From a bacterium (GTDB lineage Bacteria > UBA8248), in contig OZ241875.1 of NCBI GenBank assembly GCA_965203325.1, positions 3,552,001-3,616,000 of the forward strand: DNA of 64,000 bases, in the 5' to 3' direction. The notes below the pieces were generated by a model, which made no database searches, was not told the origin of the DNA, and was given only the letters and a program-made list of their open reading frames with translations. The position numbers and the translations under genes were made by a program. Numbering within the stretch: position 1 is the first letter of the stretch; every line of letters begins with the position of its first letter. This document shows, in pieces, positions 58,263 through 64,000 of the stretch.

Positions 58263-59528
58263 TTATTTTTCAAATTCTAACAGATGATAGTTCTTTTTTC
58301 CCTTCCGAAGCAGGATGTATTGACCAAATAACATATCATCAGCAGATAATACGCTTTCCTCATTCGTGATGCGGCGATTGTTCACATAAATGCCGCCACC
58401 GCTTAGTTCTTTTCGCGCCAATGTTTTCGACCTGGAGAGACCGGTTTCCAGCAGGATGTCTATGAGCGGACATGGCGGTGTTCCTGAGCGTAGAGTTTTC
58501 GGCATCTCCTCCGCTGCCGAGAGCAAGTCGGTTTTCTCGATTCCATCCAGTTGTGCGCCGAAGAGAATTTTCGCGGCGCGCTCTGCGCTGCGCGCGGCGG
58601 CGGCGCCGTGTACGAGCGTCGTCAATTCTTTCGAGAGGCGGCGTTGTCCGGCTCGCATCTCCGGGGATTCGAGGTGTTCACTTTCGATTTCATCAATCTC
58701 GTCAAGTGGCAGAAAGGTGAAATATCTCAGAAACCTGCCGACATCCCTGTCGTCTGTCTGAATCCAGTATTGCGAGAATCGGTATGGACTGGTTCGCTTC
58801 GGGTCCAGCCAGATATTCTCTTCTTCTGTTTTGCCGAATTTTCTGCCGTCGGAAGTCGTGATGAGAGGAAAGGTCATTCCGAATGCGGGCTTTCCATGAA
58901 CCCGCCGAATAAGCTCAATCCCGGCTGTGATGTTGCCCCACTGATCGGAACCGCCAATCTGTAAAGTGCAATTCTCTTTCTCGAACAGGTGCAGAAAATC
59001 ATAGGCCTGAAGCGCCATGTAGCTGAACTCGGTGTACGATATTCCTGCATCGGCGATGCGTGACTTCACAGATTCTTTCGCCATCATATAACCGATGGAA
59101 AAATGTTTGCCTACGTCGCGGAAAAAATCGATGAGACGGACCTCGTTCAGCCACTCCGCGTTGTTCATCATACGCGCAGAGTTTGAACCCGCATCAAAAT
59201 CCAGGAACCTTTCGAATTGAGCCCTGATTCCTTTGAGGTTGTGTTCTAAAATTTCTGCGCTTAGGAGGTTTCTCTCTTCTGATTTTCCCGAAGGGTCTCC
59301 TATCATCCCGGTTCCGCCGCCCATGAGGGCAATCGGCCGGTGTCCTGCGCGTTGAAAACGCATGAGTCCCGTAATGGGAACCAGGTTTCCGATATGTAAA
59401 CTGTCAGCCGTGGGGTCGAAGCCGCAATAAAGGCTCATCGCGCCTTTTCGTAATGCGCTCACCATTTGCGCCTGGTCCGTGTGATCGTGGACCAAACCAC
59501 GGAGCTTCAGGTCATCGAACAAGTTCAT
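58263..59528 (-). CDS. tyrS: Tyrosine--tRNA ligase
   Basis: YCGFDPTADSLHIGNL, QIGGSDQWGNI, KFGKT, C-terminal S4 domain with RKGKKNY. Confidence 0.97.
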   Translation of the reverse strand: MNLFDDLKLRGLVHDHTDQAQMVSALRKGAMSLYCGFDPTADSLHIGNLVPITGLMRFQRAGHRPIALMGGGTGMIGDPSGKSEERNLLSAEILEHNLKGIRAQFERFLDFDAGSNSARMMNNAEWLNEVRLIDFFRDVGKHFSIGYMMAKESVKSRIADAGISYTEFSYMALQAYDFLHLFEKENCTLQIGGSDQWGNITAGIELIRRVHGKPAFGMTFPLITTSDGRKFGKTEEENIWLDPKRTSPYRFSQYWIQTDDRDVGRFLRYFTFLPLDEIDEIESEHLESPEMRAGQRRLSKELTTLVHGAAAARSAERAAKILFGAQLDGIEKTDLLSAAEEMPKTLRSGTPPCPLIDILLETGLSRSKTLARKELSGGGIYVNNRRITNEESVLSADDMLFGQYILLRKGKKNYHLLEFEK

Positions 59529-59684
59529 GGATGTTCCCCATGGTTTTCTTGTCGTATTTGAGGCAGTGCAAAAATGATTCCCCCATCAAGAATGCTATCT
59601 TCCAGTCGATATTGTATCTTATTCGATATATATCAGGAGAGAGGGCTGACTGAAAGTTCAACGCCGGCTTTCGGGATACGCAAG

Positions 59685-60431
59685 ATGACGCTTCGTTTTG
59701 ATTTTCATGGCAAAAGAGTGATTCTCACCGGCGCTACAGGAGACGTGGGCAAGACGCTCGCTCGGGCATTTCTAGATACGGGCGCCAAACTCGCCGCCAC
59801 GGGGCGGAGTCCAGAGAAACTGCGTCTCATCGAAGGTTCCGAGGAGATGCTGAAAAAAATTCCCTGTGACTTCGAAAATTTCACAGAAGTGAAATCCATG
59901 ATCCAAGAAGCAATCGCATGGCTGGGTGGATGCGACGTCCTGGTTCACACGGCGGCGGACATGCTGGTGAAAGACCCGCTCTCGCTTGGTGAATCTGATT
60001 GGAGGCGCGCTCTGAACGTGAATCTCCTGGCGCCTTATTTCTGCATTCAAGGCGCGATGCTCGCACTCAAGGATTCTCCGGCTGGGCGAATCATCCTGTT
60101 TGGTTCCGGGGCCGGAAAATCGGGCGGGCTGGGCCATAATCTCACGTATGGCGCTTCAAAAGGTGGTATCTTGGCCATGACGTTCAACCTGGCTCGTGAG
60201 TTGGCGAAAACCAGAGTGACCGTGAACTGCCTGGTCCCCGGGCCGATTGATGGCCCTTTGATGCGAGAATTTGGACCAGATTTGTATTATAGGGCACTGG
60301 CGAAACATCCGATGGGAAAATTTGCGATTGCTGCGGATCTAGTGCCGCCCACTTTGTTTCTTGCAAGCGAGGAAGCTGCGCATATCACCGGAGAAGCACT
60401 GGATGTAAACGGGGGGTATTTTACGGATTAG
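59685..60431 (+). CDS. SDR family oxidoreductase (FabG-like)
   Basis: [34 protein letters not shown]. Confidence 0.88.
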   Translation: MTLRFDFHGKRVILTGATGDVGKTLARAFLDTGAKLAATGRSPEKLRLIEGSEEMLKKIPCDFENFTEVKSMIQEAIAWLGGCDVLVHTAADMLVKDPLSLGESDWRRALNVNLLAPYFCIQGAMLALKDSPAGRIILFGSGAGKSGGLGHNLTYGASKGGILAMTFNLARELAKTRVTVNCLVPGPIDGPLMREFGPDLYYRALAKHPMGKFAIAADLVPPTLFLASEEAAHITGEALDVNGGYFTD

Positions 60432-60501
60432 GGTTTGTTCGGAGAATGCAAGTGCGAAGCGCCCGGATTATTTGAAGCGAATTCTGGAACAGGAGTTGAT
60501 T

Positions 60502-61470
60502 GTGCACGATAAAACATCAGGCAAGGAACAAACGGGGGTGAGAGCCGTTGAAATCGAAGGGGTGTCCCTGCATCTGAGCGGACACACCGCTCCCGATCAA
60601 GCTTGGATCGGTCAGACAGAGGTGCTGCGTCAGCTTCTGGCCTGCTGGATGATCGTAGCGGAGGAGGACGTTTCTCTTTCTCCAAGAATTGTCGGCCCCC
60701 CCGGTATCGGGAAGACGACGCTGGCGATGGCGGCGGCGCGAGAGAGAAAACAGGGATTGTTCATATTTCAGTGCACCTCCGATACCCGCCCGGAAGATCT
60801 CTTGATCACGCCCGTCCTGGCGGAGTCGGGAAGAATCGCCTATCACGCATCCCCTCTGGTTACGGCCATGATACGGGGAGGCGTATGCGTGCTGGATGAG
60901 GGCAACCGGATGAGCGAGAAGAGTTGGGCGTCGCTGGCTCCGTTGCTTGATCATCGCCGTTATGTGGAGTCTATCGTTGCGGGTATTACGGTAAAGGCGC
61001 ACCCGGATTTTCGCTGTTGCGTAACAATGAATGAAGATGCCTCGACATACGAGGTGCCCGACTACATTTTGTCGAGACTCCAACCAACTTTGGAGCTTGA
61101 ATTCCCGAACAAAAAAGATGAAATGAACATCCTGAAGTATCATTTGCCGTTTGCGCCCGAAGAGATGTTGGCCTTGACGGTGGAGTTTTTGCAGGAAGCC
61201 CACGAACTGGACTTGGAGTATTCTCCAAGAGACGGAATCCACATTCTTCAATTCGCACTGAAGCGTCTTGCGCAGGACCCGGAGCATCCACTCTCACGAG
61301 ACAAAGCGTGGCGAGAGGCGCTCGCCAAGGTTTTGGGAGATGAGGCATTGGACCTGAAAAGCCTCGCGCAAAGAAGACGGCAAGCCCTCGGTGACGAACC
61401 CCCGTCGCTTGATTTCGGCGATATTTTCTTTGGTGGTGACAGCCCCTTGGACCCCGATCGAGACGATTGA
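60502..61470 (+). CDS. MoxR-family AAA+ ATPase
   Basis: Walker A GPPGIGKT, Walker B VLDEGNR, AHPDFR...TMN, SPRD; start uncertain (60502 or 60538). Confidence 0.88.
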   Translation: MHDKTSGKEQTGVRAVEIEGVSLHLSGHTAPDQAWIGQTEVLRQLLACWMIVAEEDVSLSPRIVGPPGIGKTTLAMAAARERKQGLFIFQCTSDTRPEDLLITPVLAESGRIAYHASPLVTAMIRGGVCVLDEGNRMSEKSWASLAPLLDHRRYVESIVAGITVKAHPDFRCCVTMNEDASTYEVPDYILSRLQPTLELEFPNKKDEMNILKYHLPFAPEEMLALTVEFLQEAHELDLEYSPRDGIHILQFALKRLAQDPEHPLSRDKAWREALAKVLGDEALDLKSLAQRRRQALGDEPPSLDFGDIFFGGDSPLDPDRDD

Positions 61471-61473
61471 TTC

Positions 61474-63447
61474 ATGGCCTCACGAGATTTCCTGAACATC
61501 ACCGAGCGGATCAGCGTACTGCCCGTCATCCACGGGTCGGGAGACTTTGCCGTCGAAGTGCGCGACAGGATTTTGCGGCTTGAACCCGATTGCGTTGCGA
61601 TTCCATTACCGCCGTCTTTTCAGGATGAAGTTGAAGCGGGTGTGGATGAACTCCCGTACGTCTCTATGGTGTCGGTGAATGAAGATGCCCCATCATATTT
61701 CAGAGATGATGAAAGAGTATTTGATGAGCCATGGGAGCAGTCCTCACAGCCGGAAGATGATTTCGGTGCTGAAGAAGACTTGGTGGCGGATGAAACAAAT
61801 TTATCTTCTTATAATTATGTCCCCATCGACCCTTGCCAACCCGTGATTTCCGCCCTCAGGGTAGCGATGGGGGAGCGCATTCCCAGAGTCTTCATTGATT
61901 TGGAAGTAGAGCGTTTTCAGCAGGATATTCATACGCTGCCGGATCCGTATGCGCTGAAAAAAGTGCCGATGGAGGCTTTCGCCGCATCTCTTTTGACGGC
62001 GGCTCCCAAGCCCACGGCTTCCTCGCAGCGCGCCGCGAGAATCCGCTGGATGGCCAACACCTTGCTCGAGCTCGAAGCGCGATACAAGCGCATCGTCTTG
62101 GTATGTTCCGCTTTGGATTGGCCCTGGATTCGCTCGGTTTGCCGAGAAGGGTCATCCGGTGGGGATGAATTATTCAAGCTCCACCTGGGTGCGTCTCTTA
62201 ATCCGCCCCGAAGGTATGGGGTATCGGAAGATACCCTGGCTTTCCTCTTGGGGGAGTTTCCCTACCAGACGTATTTGTACGAAAGAAACCGCGAAGAATT
62301 CTTGGGGGACTCCAACCTTTCCATCGACGGCGTCAAGGAACTGCTCCTGGAGGCGAGAGCGTCGTGGTTGAGAGAACATCGGCCGGCGCAGAACTGGGTG
62401 ACGCCTCAAAGACTCCAGATATTCTTGCAATATGTCCGCAATCTGACGCTTCAGGGAAGGAGGCTGACGCCAGATTTATTCACGCTCGTCCTCGCCGCCA
62501 AGCAGACCGCGGGCGATGCTTTCGCCTTGGCGATATTGGAAGTCGCGCGAGAATACCCCTATCAGCGTGAAGCCCCGGGATTTAATGAAGACGATTTTGT
62601 CCACGTTGGCGTGGATCGTGCGGTATTCCCGAATGGAGACGTTGGGACGCTCAAGAGCCGCCTGGGCGGCTCAGCCGTCACTTGGAGGAGTATTTCTCTC
62701 AAACCGAAGCCTACTCCGTTTGAAAAGCAGAAATGGGCCCAGAGGTGGAATCCGTTTGGCATGTGTTCCTGGCCACCGGAAGATGACGCCATAGAGAGCT
62801 TTCATACCCATGTGCGTGAGCAGGCCAAGGCGCTCTTGGGAGAGGATTTGGCACGCACCGAGAAATTCACGACATCGATAAAAGATGGCCTCGATATCAG
62901 GGAAACGCTTCGCAACTGGCATACGGGCGATCTCTATGTAAAAGAAATTCCCCCGGCGCGAGGAAATCTGGAGGTCGTCGTCTTTTTGTTCGATACGCCT
63001 GCCGATTCCGGGAAGTACTCCTGGCGTACGATGTGGTATGCGGAACATGATGAGGAATCAACTCTTTGCATGTATGCGACCCCATTTGAGAACAACTTGG
63101 TGGGGCCGGGAATAGCGGAATCTCAGTATGGCGGAGCATTTTTTGTTTTTCCTCCCAGATATATCGAGGATGTCTGGCGGGATTCGCGCTTTCACTACAC
63201 CAAGACATTGGAGGAGCGATTGATCGCAGGGGCGTGTTTTCACTCGCAAGAGCGCTTCATCGCCTTGGTGAGCCCACAACCACCTAACTCACGCTGGCGG
63301 CAGATTGCGCGGTTGTATAAGAAGCATTTGATTCACATTCCCATTGGTCGATTTTCTGGAGAAACAATCGCCCGAATCCGTCGTTTTCATGTTCTGAACG
63401 GGAAAAATATCAGAAGCTATGCCGCGCGGTTCATCCGGGAAAAGTAA
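61474..63447 (+). CDS. Conserved hypothetical MoxR-associated protein
   Basis: 657 aa, starting 3 bp after the MoxR stop; N-terminal LPVIHGS..EPDCVAIPLP; internal GLDIRETLRNW. Confidence 0.75.
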   Translation: MASRDFLNITERISVLPVIHGSGDFAVEVRDRILRLEPDCVAIPLPPSFQDEVEAGVDELPYVSMVSVNEDAPSYFRDDERVFDEPWEQSSQPEDDFGAEEDLVADETNLSSYNYVPIDPCQPVISALRVAMGERIPRVFIDLEVERFQQDIHTLPDPYALKKVPMEAFAASLLTAAPKPTASSQRAARIRWMANTLLELEARYKRIVLVCSALDWPWIRSVCREGSSGGDELFKLHLGASLNPPRRYGVSEDTLAFLLGEFPYQTYLYERNREEFLGDSNLSIDGVKELLLEARASWLREHRPAQNWVTPQRLQIFLQYVRNLTLQGRRLTPDLFTLVLAAKQTAGDAFALAILEVAREYPYQREAPGFNEDDFVHVGVDRAVFPNGDVGTLKSRLGGSAVTWRSISLKPKPTPFEKQKWAQRWNPFGMCSWPPEDDAIESFHTHVREQAKALLGEDLARTEKFTTSIKDGLDIRETLRNWHTGDLYVKEIPPARGNLEVVVFLFDTPADSGKYSWRTMWYAEHDEESTLCMYATPFENNLVGPGIAESQYGGAFFVFPPRYIEDVWRDSRFHYTKTLEERLIAGACFHSQERFIALVSPQPPNSRWRQIARLYKKHLIHIPIGRFSGETIARIRRFHVLNGKNIRSYAARFIREK

Positions 63448-63580
63448 TCCTTGTGGTTTTCTTGAGATTAGCTTGTTTTGGAACGCGGGAAGGGGACGGG
63501 GAGTCAAGCTGTTGAACATCTGGTAGACTCCAGGAGTCGTTTCATTGAAAATAACCCACTCCCATAAAGGAGTTATAATA

Positions 63581-63916
63581 ATGAATGTCCAGGAACTCAT
63601 AGCGAGATTTCCCGAAATACCGGCGGATTTACATCATGAGGAAATCCTGTCCCGATTTGCAGATGTTTTTGGGGGACCTCTTTCCATCGCTCAAAAACCT
63701 TCTGCGTGCTCTACGGAGCATGACGCTGCAAACCATTACTATATGAAGCTTGTAAACCCGATGGGCATATATCGTCTGGGACTGATGAAACGCGAGATGC
63801 TGCTCTCACAAATCGCTGAACTGATTGAAAAGCAAGAAATGGACACGAATTTTGCCGAGACGCTCGTTCCATCTGTTGTTGCGGCGAGTGAGGTCAGGGG
63901 TCCTGGCTGCGGATAA
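63581..63916 (+). CDS. Hypothetical protein
   Basis: AAGGAG RBS; 111 aa ending GPGCG; followed by a terminator. Confidence 0.7.
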   Translation: MNVQELIARFPEIPADLHHEEILSRFADVFGGPLSIAQKPSACSTEHDAANHYYMKLVNPMGIYRLGLMKREMLLSQIAELIEKQEMDTNFAETLVPSVVAASEVRGPGCG

Positions 63917-63930
63917 GCATTGCGCATGTA

Positions 63931-63969
63931 GAAATTCCCTCACTCTTTTATGGGTGAGGGATTTTCTTT
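63931..63969 (+). terminator. Intrinsic terminator
   Basis: gaaattccctcac...gtgagggattttcttt hairpin plus T-rich tail. Confidence 0.7.
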
Positions 63970-64000
63970 GCGCGCTGGAAATAGTCAATTCATGATGCGG

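Overview
GC-rich bacterial chromosome window, mostly about 65-70% GC by eye, with visibly AT-richer blocks near 8.7-9.7, 35.8-38.3, 47-52 and 55.4-64 kb. About 50 CDSs are supported: housekeeping and metabolic genes (glcDEF, moaB-like, coaD, an aspartate-type aminotransferase, tyrS, a FabL-like enoyl reductase), two complete ABC importers, an FtsX-like permease/lipocalin pair, many catabolic enzymes, a DUF1902-HicA toxin-antitoxin pair, a soluble kinase-receiver-DNA-binding fusion beside a TbpB-like lipoprotein and ferric reductase, a lipidated subtilase, and a MoxR locus. I found no rRNA, tRNA or CRISPR array. The most striking feature is a mobile-DNA system. Three intact IS1182-family elements (15667-17182, 17272-18793, 18971-20495) have 19-bp terminal inverted repeats (TIRs) and 5-bp target duplications (TSDs: TTGTC, TTGAG, CTCAA). 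Each is inserted at the centre of a C-run/G-run REP-like hairpin, always in the same orientation relative to that hairpin. A short non-coding unit bounded by degenerate copies of the same TIR (52994-53299) carries empty target hairpins plus other REP families. Related TIR-like ends occur at 70-88, about 10462 and 15563/20622. This suggests mobile REP cassettes that also serve as landing pads for the IS. All family calls come from motif recognition by eye, not database searches.
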